62,494 nt of DNA from Octopus bimaculoides (Eukaryota): the NCBI RefSeq assembly GCF_001194135.2, contig NC_068990.1, positions 14,826,644-14,889,137 on the forward strand. The letters are read 5' to 3'. Position 1 is the stretch's first letter; each line of letters starts with the position of its first letter. The position numbers and the translations under genes were made by a program. Shown piece after piece: positions 31,570-62,494 of this stretch. The notes below the pieces were generated by a model. It searched no databases, had not been told where the DNA came from, and was given only the letters and a program-made list of their open reading frames with translations.

Positions 31570-32420
31570 GATAATATGTTAAACAAATTATGTCACATGT
31601 CAACAAGAAGCATTTGTATCAAGGTCACATGCAAGTTTTATGGTCATACCTTTTGTAAGGAAAAGTGTCTTGCTTTTGATAAGATATGCAATATTTGTAA
31701 CATGAAGAACCATATTCAGTCTCGCTTCCTGTCTTTTAAGGAAACATTTGAGAAAGGGCATGAAGTTGATACTGATGCAGGTAGTGACCAGGAATTGAGC
31801 CATGCCTTCAACATGGGGAACAGTGACGTCAACTCACTGACCTCCCTTAAATTAAAAGATACTGAAATACAGATACAAGCATGTCCGTTGCTAAGGGGCT
31901 GCACTGGATAGCACTGTCCCCTCACCATTCAGTATTACATCCTCAGATTTACAGTGATACACTTATTTCAAAACTCCACTTTAGCATTATTACAAATTAG
32001 TGCCCCCTGGCATCAAAGTCTGGTGATAGGCCTGGATATAAGTAAAAATTAGTAGCAACATTACCGTTATTCCCAAGGAATAGTTTGATAAAACTAGGGT
32101 CTCTCAATCTAGAATCTTGCGATGCTTGCCACAAACAGTTTGATTGTTTGGGAAACAAACTGTTGGGGAAGTCTGAAACTGTATTTGAGGTAGAAACAAG
32201 GAATGATATAGTTTCCTGAAGTGCAAATGACAAAAAAAGTCTCTAATCTTGACTTGGCCAATGTCTCTGAAAGGAATTCCTCAACCATGACAAGAACTTG
32301 CTGTGTAATTCAGTGATAGTCTCTACCCAATCTGCTTGTCAGTAGCCAGAATTCCTGAGGACCCTATACTCATGTCGGTTCTTGCTGACTATCCATGCCA
32401 AAGAGAGGACATTCAAATCA
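31570..32420 (+). mobile_element. Decayed Ty3/Gypsy-like LTR retrotransposon fragments
   Basis: A gag-knuckle-like KEKCLAFDKICNICNMKNH, and an integrase-proximal-like GHQ and PEDPILMSVLADYPCQ. Multiple stops. Confidence 0.5.
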
Positions 32421-32734
32421 CCTGTTTTTTTTTTTTTCCCTTGACTTCTCTTTCCCTGTCACTTCTGGTGCAGCACCCACTAACCTCTCCTTACAATTGT
32501 GGATTGTCACCAACTGTGTCACATTCCCATGGTTTTTGCTGAATGCTATAAAAAGCAAGGACTGATTAGATGTGCTGAGTCCCATTATTATGTCCCCTCA
32601 CTTCACACATGCCGTCTGACTATAATGAATGATTAAAAGATATAAAAGCTAAAATCAGATTGACAGTAAATAACATTAAATCTGCGTATTATGAATCTCG
32701 ACTGCTTTCTGTACATATTTATTCCCCTTGTAGT

Positions 32735-32843
32735 GAAATTAGAGGACATGCACCCTTATCAGACGGGTAGTCATGATGGGTATAATGGGCTTCGTATATT
32801 TTACCCCAGTGTAACTTTGATGGCATGCACTGCTCTCTCACTC

Positions 32844-32880
<37 letters not shown>
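32735..32880 (+). mobile_element. Retroposon 3' end with an (AAT)n tail
   Basis: Moderately GC-rich segment ending ...ctctctcactc(AAT)n. Family assignment is from recall only. Confidence 0.4.
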
Positions 32881-33218
32881 TTAATAGGAAATGAGCTTCT
32901 GTTGCAATGAAATAAAATTTTTGAGTGGTGAAATATGTCAAAGCTGGTATACAAATATGTATTGTTACTAACAACATATGAAGTTACTTTATGTGGACTT
33001 TTCTGAGTCTAGTACCATCACCAGATGGTGAATTGGTGATTTCAGTCACATCTCAGCCTCAGTACAAGTCAAAAGATTAGTTTCTGTGTAGATAAGCAAT
33101 TAGTATGTTAGAGATAAAGCACTCTTTAACTATGATCTGAATAAATGAACTTCATTGTCATATTATCTAGCTTTGTTTACATTCCAAGTACATGAAAAAA
33201 AATTTATATGTATATATA

Positions 33219-33280
<62 letters not shown>

Positions 33281-33314
33281 CCCTCACAAGTAGACAAATG
33301 TATGTAAGCGCACG

Positions 33315-33381
<67 letters not shown>

Positions 33382-33590
33382 GTATATATTATGACACTGC
33401 ATACATGCTAACACACACACATACATAGACGCATGTTTGTATGTATGTATATACGTATATCTAAATAAATAAAGTACCGCTTGCAAAAGAAAGAAAAAAT
33501 TCTGAAGTATTTTTCCTTTCAGACAAAAAATGTTTTATACACACACACACATATATATATACATACATACACACACACATACATAGACGC

Positions 33591-33626
<36 letters not shown>

Positions 33627-33768
33627 CTTGACTTACTACACCGGTCTATACATCAATGCTTAAGGATAAACAAAAATAATAATAACAACAAAAAAAACAA
33701 ACAATACTTTCTCACGATATCAGTTTTTTGTTTAGTGGTTTAATCACTTAGAAGCATAACATATTATC

Positions 33769-51751
<17,983 letters not shown>

Positions 51752-51946
51752 TAGCAGCAAAAGTGGTTTATTATTAATATTACTATCATTATTATTATTA
51801 TCATCATTATTAAGGTGGCTGCTGAGGTCGACTTTGCCTTTCATCCTTTTAGGGTTGATAAAATAAATACCAGTTGATCACTGGGGTTGATGAAATTGGC
51901 TTACTCCTTCCCACCAAACTCCTGGCCTTGTTCCAAAATTTGAAAC

Positions 51947-52001
<55 letters not shown>

Positions 52002-55000
52002 GTTATTATTAAGGCGGTGAACTGGCAGAATCGTTAGCTTACTAGGCAAAATGCTTTGAGATATTTCATGTCTATATGTTCTGAGTTCAAATTCCACCAA
52101 GGTTGACTTTGCCTTTCATCCTTTTGAGGTTGATAAAATAAATGCTAGTTGAACACTGGGGGTCAATGTAGTCAACTTATCCCCTCCCTGCTGAAATTTC
52201 AAGCCATGTGCCTACAGTAGAAAGGATTCTTATTAATACTTTTTGCCAATTATTCAGGTGGGAAGTGAACTTTATCTTGTTAGGTGAGTTCATCATCATC
52301 ATCATTTAACATCAGCTTTCCATGGGTTGGACGATTTGACTGGAGACTGGCGAATCAGATGGCTACACCAGGCTCCAATCTGATCTGGCAGAGCTTCTAC
52401 AGCTGGATGCCCTTCTTAACGCCAACCACTCCGAGAGTGTAGTGGGTGCTTTTTACGTGCCAAAAAAAAAGAAAAGCACCCACTACACTCTCGGAGTGGT
52501 TGGCATTAGGAAGGGCATCCAATCTTATATTATTTAATATTGATATCTCATCTGCATGTTTTTGTTTCAAACTTTGATTAAAATTGTAGCCATAATCACT
52601 GTTTTGGAGAAATTAGCATCAAAGAAATATTGCACAATGATTTATTAGTAGTTGTGTAATATTTATGAGACATAAACTGGTGCATTGCAGGGACTAAAAC
52701 AGATTGTGGTGAATATAAGGTAAACTTTAAGTATTATTTTAATGGAAGAACTTAGCAGAGATAAAACGATAAGTAATTATTTCTACAATTTGTACAACGT
52801 TTTATATCCTTGTATGTTGGATATATAATATAATGAAGCAGGAGGGAAAGAAAGTGTTTACATGATGCAATACGATTACTATTACATGAGACTCAATGCT
52901 TTATATCAATGGCTCACAGTGAACTACTAGTTAACCCAAACTGCCAATTGTTCACAGTTTTTAATTTATAACAATGAGTCAATCCACCTTTAGTCACTTG
53001 AGCAGGAAATTGGAATCCTTCCACAACACAAAGCCTGAAATTTGGGTGGGAGGGAGCTAGTCAGTTACATTGACCCAAGTGCTTTAAACTGGTACTTATT
53101 TTATCACCCACCACCACCACCACCACTGTCAAAAAAAAAAATGAGAGTAAGTCAGCCCCAGCAGGATTTCAACTCGGAACTTAAAGATACAAAGGAAATG
53201 CTCTTAAACGTTTTATGTTTTCCCAGTGTGCTAACAAATCTGCCAGCTTACCACTCTGATAAAGTTATAAATAATAGCACATACATATTGGGCTAACCCC
53301 TACCTGCCAACTATTTTCCATGCAAGTGTTTTCTTAAATCAATTTTCTACATGTTATTTAATGTGGCAAACTGGCAGATTCGTTACCATGCCAAGCAAAA
53401 TGCTTAGTGGCATTTTGTCTATCTTTAAGTTCTATGTTCAAATTCCACTGGGATCGACTTTGCCTTTCATCCTTCCAGGATCAATAAATAAGTACCAGTT
53501 GAGCAATGGGGTCAATGTAATCAACTTATCCCCTCCCCTAAAATTGCTGGCCTTGTGCCAAAATTTGAAACCAATATTCTACATGCTACTATTTATAGCT
53601 CTATCCATCATTAAAATGATTTATTTCATATTTCAAAGTTTTTAAAAAAAATTTTTTTTTTTTTTAATAAAATAATGGCTATATGTATCAACGCCATATA
53701 AATGTAAATAAGTTGATAAATAGAGTGATAATAGTTTGTAAATAGATTGACAAAATTTTTTGTAAAAGATGGGAAATACTAAAATATGTGTAGTGGTCTT
53801 CTCACTCTCTTTCCTCAGTTCAAAACTTCCCAAACTCAACTTTGGCAGTTATGACTTTGGGTTCAATAATGTCATATAATCATTTGATTCTCTCATTCAT
53901 ATTCATTACAGACAAATTGTAGTCATGTTCAAGTTTAAGGAATCATTGTTTAACATACTTGTTTTCTTATATCATCTATCCATCCATCAGAAACCACAGT
54001 GCCTTGGTGCAGGGATTCAATTCTCTGCAAACTTAACCCTAATTTTTGTTCAATGTTCTCTTGAAATTATTTGACTTAATGTCCTAATACATCAGGAAAA
54101 AATACTGCAATTCATAATTCTTTAGTTTCCGATCCTTATAATAATTGTGTTGTATAATGTCATAACACTATATTTTTTAGGAAGGTTTTACCAAAAGAAT
54201 CTTTTTTGATATGTAGCCAGTACTTATTTTATGTATACAACAGAGAACAAGTACAAAATAGATGCTAACAGCACCTAAACCCATGACTTTTTCTAGATGA
54301 ATATGGTATTTTCTGACACACAAGTTAATGTAGTATACAGTGTAAACATGTGTAAGCATTCAAATACCTTTCCAAAATCCTGCTGCATTTCACATGGAAT
54401 TTTTGGTCCCCCAAAGTCATCTTGGTGTAGAAGTCAAACTTATATTCTTTGGCTGTAAATTTTGGTTTGCAGAATTTGACTTGTTTGCCAGAAAATTTGG
54501 TAAATACTTCAATGCATTTAGACAGGAACTTTACCCTTTTATGTTACTATCAGTATAATTTTTTACCTCTTGACAAATTCCATCCAAAACTTAATCAAAA
54601 CAAAATGCCTTAATCCTCATCAACAATCATTAGTCAACTGATTCATACATAACATCACTGCATTTATCTAGTTTTCATTACTATTCATTACTTTGAATGG
54701 TTTTCTGTTGTAAAATTATAATTCCTAGTTTCAGTTTCTAAAATCATCATCATCATCATCATCGTCATTTAACGTCTGCTTTCCATGCTAGCATGGGTTG
54801 GACGATTTGACTGAGGACTGGTGAAACCAGATGGCTACACCAGGCTCCAATCTGATTTGGCAGAGATGAAACTAAATTAACTCAGTGACAAACTAGTTTC
54901 TTCTTGTTTTTATATTTTGGTTTTTAAATTCTAATTGTACATTAATTTCTATGTTTTCCATAGTTTTTGAATTAAATTAATATATTTTTCGTACTTCTCC

Positions 55001-56619
55001 ATTCTGTGTTTTTGTTGTTTCTTGTTATGAATATAAAATAAAAAGTTATTGAGAAGGTTTAAAGGTTAATGCTTGTCTTTACAGAAACAGAACCTTTTGG
55101 CCTAAAATGCTCACTTTCTGTGTATAAAATTGTAAACATGTTGGTTTATTATGTCATCATCATCATCATCATCACTATGTCACCACCATCATATCACCAC
55201 AATTACCACCACCACCACTGCCACCACCGCCATCATCATCACCATCATTTTCATTAACCTCATCATCATCAGCTTCATATCTAATTTCCCATGCAGAAAT
55301 AATTGAGTGAGAGCCTACTCTCTGTACTTCATTAAGTTATGGCTGTTTTTAACCCTCACAGAGGGAAACAAAATTCAAATTACATTTCCTTTGTGTTCCA
55401 CATCATTGACTGTCGTACTCTTTTGGTCTCTTACTAGATACAGTCATTGGACTGTGACTATGCTAAACCACTGCCTTCAAAGATTATAGTTGTTTATATC
55501 AACCCTATATCAAACTCTGTTTGTCAAACCGCTAAGTGTAGGGACGTTCTGACACTTTGGGCAAGTGTTTGATATAGTCTTGACTGACAAAAGCCTTGTT
55601 GAGTGGATTTAGTGAATAGAAACTGAAAGAAGCCCATTGTATATATACATACATTCACACACATATGTATACCTTAAAAAGACATGGGATGAGGTTGTGA
55701 AATATGATCTTCAAATGTTGGGCCTAACGAAGGTGATGACAAGTGACTGAGACCCTTGATGATATGCTGTTCTTGGGAAGACTCGTCAAGCCAAGTGAAA
55801 TCTGAGTTGTGGCTGTTGCCTGTGTCATGTTAATGGCACTCGTGAAATCATAATTGTGGTCACTGCCAGTGTCATGTAAATAGCACCCATGCCAGTTGCA
55901 CCCATTACTCTCTCGAAGTGGTTGGCATTAGGAAGGACATCCAACTGTAAAAATCAGACTGGAGCCTGGTTCAACCCACCAGCTTAACAGTTCCAGTCTA
56001 ACCATGTAACCCATGCCAGCATAGAAAGCAGATGCTAAGTGATGATGATGATACAATATATATATGTGCATGTGTGTGTACATACATAAATGTCACTGCC
56101 ATACAAGCAGTGTTGTTACATTTCCATGTAAACAAGTTCATCCATTGCACTATTATGTTTGAAGAAATAGGAGAAATATTACCTTACATGGAAACAGATG
56201 AAGGTGAGCAATGGCAAGAGCATCCAGGTTTAGAAAATCTGTCTCAATGAATTTTGTCCACCCCATACAAGCATAGAAAAGTGAATGTTGAAACAACAGA
56301 GGTGGTGACAGCTCTCTTGTTTTTCTGAATCCAGTAAAGATCAAATTTGCCTTTAATCTATATGGATCATTTACAGCATAGGATTTACGTTATCTTAAAA
56401 ATGGTCATTTCAGTATCTGAGATATAGCAACATTCTTCAATGCAGGAGAGATCAATGTCCTAAACCATCAGTGTTATTGATTGATAGTTTTGATCTGTTG
56501 CGAACACACTCCCCTTGTTTCACTGTGTTTACTGACTTTCAGGAATTCTCTTTGAAGTAACAAGCTGTAAGACAATAGGAGGAGAGTTATATTGGCAAAA
56601 TATGTGAGTGATCTGTGGT

Positions 56620-56844
56620 TTAACCTTTCAGTATTCAAACCAGCCATATCTGACCCAAATATTCTACATGTTTTATGTTCAAACTGGCCAGTTCCAGCTT
56701 CTCACACCTACCCGACATACGATGTCCTAAAAATAAACACATCTTCAAAATCTCAAAGCTACAAGATAAGGCATGATTAATTCAAAACAGTGTGAATAGA
56801 TAAGAATTACATTTGACAGAGTAATCGGAATGTTAAAGAATTAA
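56620..56844. mobile_element. piggyBac-like MITE
   Basis: Bounded by TTAA at both ends, with imperfect TIRs (cctttcagtattc / gaatgttaaagaa). Confidence 0.55.
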
Positions 56845-57164
56845 AATTAGTAAAAGTTTTAATTTTGTTTTTTAATATTTTTCTCTCAGCAAAAGTGGTG
56901 TAGCTGGCAGAATCATTATCACGCTAGACAAAATATTTAGTAGCATTTTGTCTGTCTTTATGTTTTGAGTTCAAATTCTGCCATGGTTGTCTTTGCTTGC
57001 CATCCTTTCAGGGTCAATAAAATAAGTACAAGTTGGGCCCTGGGGTCAATGTAATCGACTCCCATAAAAATAAACTGTTGTCCTTGTGCCAAAATTTGAA
57101 ACCAATATTTTTCTCTTGGAAGCACACTTGTAACAGTTGATAAAGGAGAGTACCAACTCTCCTT

Positions 57165-57525
57165 TAATTGTTTCAGTCTTTTGACTGCAGCCATGCTGGA
57201 GCACCGCCTTTAGTCAAGCAAATCGACCCCAGGACTTATTCTTTGTAAGGCTAGTACTTATTCTATCGGTCTCTTTTGCTGGACCGCTAAGTTACGGGGA
57301 CGTAAACGCACCAGCATCGGTTGTCAAGCGATGTTGGGGGGGACAAACAGACACACAAACACACACATATACATATATACGACGGGCTTCTTTCAGTTTC
57401 CGTCTACCAAATCCACTCACAAGGCTTTGGTCGGCCCGAGTGCCCAAGGTGCCACGCAGTGGGACTGGACCCGGAACCATGTGGTTGGGAAGCAAGCTAC
57501 TTACCACACAACCACTCCTGCGCCT
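57165..57525 (-). mobile_element. SINE family B copy (high identity)
   Basis: Near-identical to 2333-2793, with a small internal deletion near 57440. Confidence 0.85.
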
Positions 57526-59367
57526 ATCAAATTAACTTTTTTAAACAATGTATCATGGGGAATAGAAGCAGGTCCCATAGCCTTTGTAGATTCCCTCAGT
57601 CTAGTGAGACTGATGCTGTCAATACCTGCAAATTAATTTCTGTGAAAAATATGCCCAGGGAGGGATCTGTAAGCCTGGTCTAAAGCAGATTGATCTTCGG
57701 TAAAGGACCAGATAATGGTGCCATTCTTAAATGCAATTTTAAATTCTTCCTAGTGACTTTTGGACTACAACATTTATCAAAATATTACGCTGAGATTGAT
57801 TCAGTAGGCTCTACACTGAACCCCAGTAAAAATTAACCTCATGGCTAACTCCAATCAAATCCTAAAATATTCATGTTTCTAAAATCACAAATTGAAAATA
57901 TATAACTTGGCTATGAAGCAATAAACAAGAAGATGCTAGGTAATGTCTTCAGTTTAGGCCAGCTAAAAGAGGGTGGATAATATATAAAACATGTGCATCC
58001 ATACATTACATGTACACATTCATACGGTCACAAAAACATCCAATGTCAGCATGGAAAACGGACATTAAATAATAATCCATACAGACAGACATGCACACAT
58101 ACACAGTAACACATCCATATAGTTACACATACACATCCTCATGCATACACAAACGTGTGTATATCTATATATATTTATATATATATATATATNNNNNNNN
58201 NNNNNNNNNNNNNNNNNNNNNNNNNNNNNNNNNNNNNNNNNNNNNNNNNNNNNNNNNNNNNNNNNNNNNNNNNNNNNNNNNNNNNNNNNNNNNNNNNNNN
58301 NNNNNNNNNNNNNNNNNNNNNNNNNNNNNNNNNNNNNNNNNNNNNNNNNNNNNNNNNNNNNNNNNNNNNNNNNNNNNNNNNNNNNNNNNNNNNNNNNNNN
58401 NNNNNNNNNNNNNNNNNNNNNNNNNNNNNNNNNNNNNNNNNNNNNNNNNNNNNNNNNNNNNNNNNNNNNNNNNNNNNNNNNNNNNNNNNNNNNNNTATAT
58501 ATACAAGAACACTGCTACTGAATACTATTAGAAAAAATATATACTTCTAAAATTTGCAAATGTTAAAGTAAAATTTAGCTTTCACTTGTTTGATTATGAA
58601 CAATAATGTGAATTTTGTCTTCAACAGCTGCTACAATTTGCATAGTTTATGTGCTAGACAGATGCTGCACAAATGTTCAGCGTGTTAGCACTTTAGTAGA
58701 TGTTGACTTATTCAATAATTTCTAATAGGCATGCAAATTAATCCTCGTGTGTGCTCTTCATGCCATAAGAAGGAATATTTAACTCATTAACAGTAGCTGG
58801 TTGGTTAGATTAAGAAACTTATAGTCTTTAGGTGATCAGTCGAAATCCTGAATAATTCATAATGGTGTATTTTTTACAAAGTCTGCTTCTCTACTTGTCA
58901 AAAGTCTACTCAGGTTGAAAATAAATACTTGCAACATTTTATGTCCGAACAGAAACAAGATACATCCAGTAACTTCTTGGATAACAGGGGCATGCTTAAA
59001 AAATATGACCCAAATCAAACGAGTTTCCTGTCTTACTTGCAATGTTAAAGCTTCTAATTTGGTGGTTGAAAGCCATCAAGTCTCTCTGGTGTAGGGATAT
59101 CATGGCTCACCAGCTAAACAAATTTCTTTTCACGCTTGCAAGACTAAAACTTCTAATTCGATGGTTGAAAGTTACCAACACCTGCTACTTGCTGCATCCA
59201 GTGGGTTTTTTTCAATGAAATTTTATAGAAATACCTTTCAAACGGCATACATTACGATTATAAAGAAATTTGTGGGGAAAATCTTTTCCAAGGGGGTGGG
59301 GAAAGGATTTCGGAAAATTCACAAGATCCGAGTTTTTCTCTCATAATTGGATATATATGTGTATGTG

Positions 59368-59400
<33 letters not shown>

Positions 59401-59855
59401 NNNNNNNNNNNNNNNNNNNNNNNNNNNNNNNNNNNNNNNNNNNNNNNNNNNNNNNNNNNNNNNNNNNNNNNNNNNNNNNNNNNNNNNNNNNNNNNNNNNN
59501 NNNNNNNNNNNNNNNNNNNNNNNNNNNNNNNNNNNNNNNNNNNNNNNNNNNNNNNNNNNNNNNNNNNNNNNNNNNNNNNNNNNNNNNNNNNNNNNNNNNN
59601 NNNNNNNNNNNNNNNNNNNNNNNNNNNNNNNNNNNNNNNNNNNNNNNNNNNNNNNNNNNNNNNNNNNNNNNNNNNNNNNNNNNNNNNNNNNNNNNNNNNN
59701 NNNNNNNNNNNNNNNNNNNNNNNNNNNNNNNNNNNNNNNNNNNNNNNNNNNNNNNNNNNNNNNNNNNNNNNNNNNNNNNNNNNNNNNNNNNNNNNNNNNN
59801 NNNNNNNNNNNNNNNNNNNNNNNNNNNNNNNNNNNNNNNNNNNNNATATATATAT

Positions 59856-60510
59856 ATATATAAAATTTATTAATGAGGGTAGAAATTGATATTAATCAAT
59901 TAAAACCAGTGGTCTAGCATATTAAAAAAATCCGAAGATTAAAATTATATTACATACAAAAATAAGAGGAATGACCAGCAAAAGTGGACTCCTATATGCT
60001 AGAAATAGATGCCGAATCATCTAACCACAAAAAAATATATGTTCTCAGTAAAAATTCAGCGACACAACAGACTGTAAAAGGGCAAGACAAATGAAAAAAT
60101 ACTAAATAAAAAAACGATTAACCTACATACCATGGTTTCACCTGTTAAAATTTACATGAGTAAATATCAGCAGGATCGTCAGCGTAGTCCGTCAATTCGC
60201 AATGCAATTTCCAGAACTAGACACGAGACGTCCACCCGAAATGGGAGCACGTGTAGAGTTCTACAAATTACATTCAGTGTATCATTTCAAATGTCCTCAA
60301 TCTGGTGCGCTAAGTCCGGAAATAATTCTGCAGTTAATAAATTTTTGCAGCTAATTTACCGGTATGAGAACATTATTATATGTAATATAATTCTATGTAA
60401 TATAATTGTACGTAATATAATTTTAATCTTCGGATTTTTTTAATATGCTAGACCACTGGTTTTAATTGATTAATATCAATTTCTACCCTCATTAATAAAT
60501 TTTATATAAT
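59856..60510. mobile_element. Foldback element with about 100-bp inverted termini
   Basis: 59856-59955 is the near-perfect reverse complement of 60411-60510. A deleted relative lies at about 29209-29455. Class unresolved. Confidence 0.75.
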
Positions 60511-60935
60511 AATGTTCTGCCTTGGCTGTTGGAGTTGTCAGTAATGAAGGACATGTGATGCTTACTCACTTCTTTTCACAAGGCCTTAGAGTTAACTCTG
60601 CTGGCTCATTGAGGTCCTGGAAACAGCAGGACTCTGACCCATCAAGTAAGGCTCAAGCAACCCAATAATGGATGGCTGACAATTTTCATGACCAGATAAC
60701 CCCTAAAATTTGGTTTTCAAGCTCATCAGATCTAAATCCATTGGACTACTTTGTGTGAAGCCATGTTGAGAGAGAGTGGTCAAACAACATCCCCATAAGA
60801 CCAAGGTTTCTTTGAAAGCTGTCATAGTCAGATTAATGTCCAATATGAACCAGAATCATTTGATTCGGGCATGCAGATGATTCAGATCTCACATAGAAAC
60901 AGTTACTGATGTTGAAGGTGACTTCATTGAAATAA
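60510..60935 (+). mobile_element. Second, diverged DD37D (maT-type) transposase fragment
   Basis: SNEGHVM...QGLRVNS, WKQQDSDP...IWFSSSSDLNPLDYFV...EGDFIE, with stops and deletions. Confidence 0.8.
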
Positions 60936-61394
60936 ATTATAAAGAAGATAATCTAGTTTATATGTACAATTTTTTTCATTAATAAAGTTGTTTTCTGTTG
61001 TTATCATCATCATAGTTTAACGTCCGCTTTCCATGCTAGCATGGGTTAGACGATTTGACTGAGGACTGGTGAAACCGGATGGCAACACCAGGCTCCAATC
61101 TGATTTGGCAGAGCTTCTACAGCTGGATGCCCTTCCTAACGTCAACCACTCAGAGAGTGTAGTGAGTGCTTTTACGTGTCACCCACACGAAGGCCAGTCA
61201 GGTGGTACTGGCAACAGCCACGCTCAAAATGGTGTATTTTATGTGCCACCCGCACAAGAGCCAGTCCAGGGGCACTGGCAACGATCTTGCTTGAAAATCC
61301 TACGAAGGCCAGTCAGGCGGTACTGGCCACGAGAAACAGATTTGTCCTCAAATACCTTATGCATCCTAAGCATTCAATTGCTCTTATCTACTCT

Positions 61395-61820
61395 AGGCAC
61401 AAGGCCTGAAATTTTTAGGGGTGAGGCAGGTGATTAGATCAACTCCAGTACGCAACTGGTATTTAATTTAACGACCCTGAAGGAATGAAAGGCAAAGTCA
61501 ACCTTGGTGGAATTTGAACTGAGAATGTAAAGACAGATGAAATACCACTAAGCATTTCACCTGGTGTGCTAATGTTTCTTATTTCTTATTTCTTTATTGC
61601 CCACAAGGGGCTAAACATAGAGGGGAAAAACAAGGACATACAAAGGGATCAAGTCGATTACATTTCCCCCACAGTGTGTAACTGGTACTTAATTTATCAA
61701 CCCTGAAAGGATGAAAGGCAAAGTCGACCTCGGTGGAATTCGAACTCAGAACTTAATGGCAGACGAAATACCGCTAAGCATTTCGCCCGGCGTGCTAACG
61801 TTTCTGCCAGCTTACCGCCT
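61395..61820 (-). mobile_element. Two tandem SINE family A copies
   Basis: The reverse complement of the family A body is repeated twice. Confidence 0.8.
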
Positions 61821-62462
61821 TCTTTATGGTCTAAATTAAAACCAAAATGGGTTTGACTGTGTCTATCGATTACTCCAAGACTCTTGCAACTAGAACCAAT
61901 GGCAAACTGAATTAACTCTTACAAATTTGTGGTCATACACCAATGCAGTAAATATTAAAAAAAAATTATATATATCAAAATGATTTATGAAATCTTTTCG
62001 TAGCTCTTAATGAATTTTCATGTTAGAATGAAATAAAATATATTTTCTTCCATGGAGTTAGTGCTGCCTTTGTTTTCTTTCAATCAATCTGGTACCATTT
62101 AATGATTTTCTTTTCTTCCAGAATTGAGAGGATAAAAAGTAACAGATGGTTTTAAATCAACATTACAATAATCTTGGGATTTTTTTTCTCAGATATGTTA
62201 GATATTTGAATGATTAATTTTTATCTTTTACTTGTTTTAGTCATTGGATTGTGGCCATGCTGGGGCACTGCCTTGAAGAGATCAATCAGATCAACCCAAA
62301 CACTTGTTTCTTTTTTAAAGTTTGGTAACTATTCTATTAATTTCTTTAACTTAACCACTAAGTTACAGGGATTTAAACAAACCAACATTGGCTGTCAAGT
62401 GGAGGTGAGGGGAAATCCCAAAGACACACACACATACACAAGTATATGTATATGTATGTATT

Positions 62463-62494
<32 letters not shown>

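Noticed and set aside
54325-54537. Stop-free 70-codon minus-strand frame (RVKFLSKCIEVFTKFSGK...)
   Set aside because: No recognisable homology and only a weak acceptor; frames of this length are expected by chance in 62 kb.
59036-59178. About 44-bp diverged direct repeat pair
   Set aside because: It is short and degenerate, with no further structure; probably an old local duplication.

Overview
This is AT-rich, repeat-dense animal genomic DNA with nine N-gaps. The repeat families look like those I recall from coleoid cephalopods, probably Octopus; this is an inference, not a database result. Two spliced + strand genes reconstruct with consistent splice phases. (1) A 7-exon GH18 chitinase, join(5247..5316,8867..9285,10601..10725,13763..13886,15375..15560,17645..17767,21683..21955), 439 aa. 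It has a signal peptide and an intact DGIDIDWEYP motif, no recognisable chitin-binding domain, and a Thr-rich stalk ending in a hydrophobic C-terminus that resembles a GPI-anchor signal. (2) An 8-exon ferroportin (SLC40A1), join(33769..33898,38583..38650,40982..41141,43069..43311,46846..47073,48607..48894,50300..50719,51468..51751), 606 aa, with altered metal-site residues and an unusual exon 6 acceptor. A disabled cactin gene fragment lies at about 3333-4017. The rest is tRNA-derived SINEs, RTE and other LINE remnants, mariner and DD37D transposon relics, hAT and piggyBac-like MITEs, a 91-bp Helitron-like element, long palindromes, mini- and microsatellites. All alignments were done by eye from recalled sequences; repeat boundaries are approximate.
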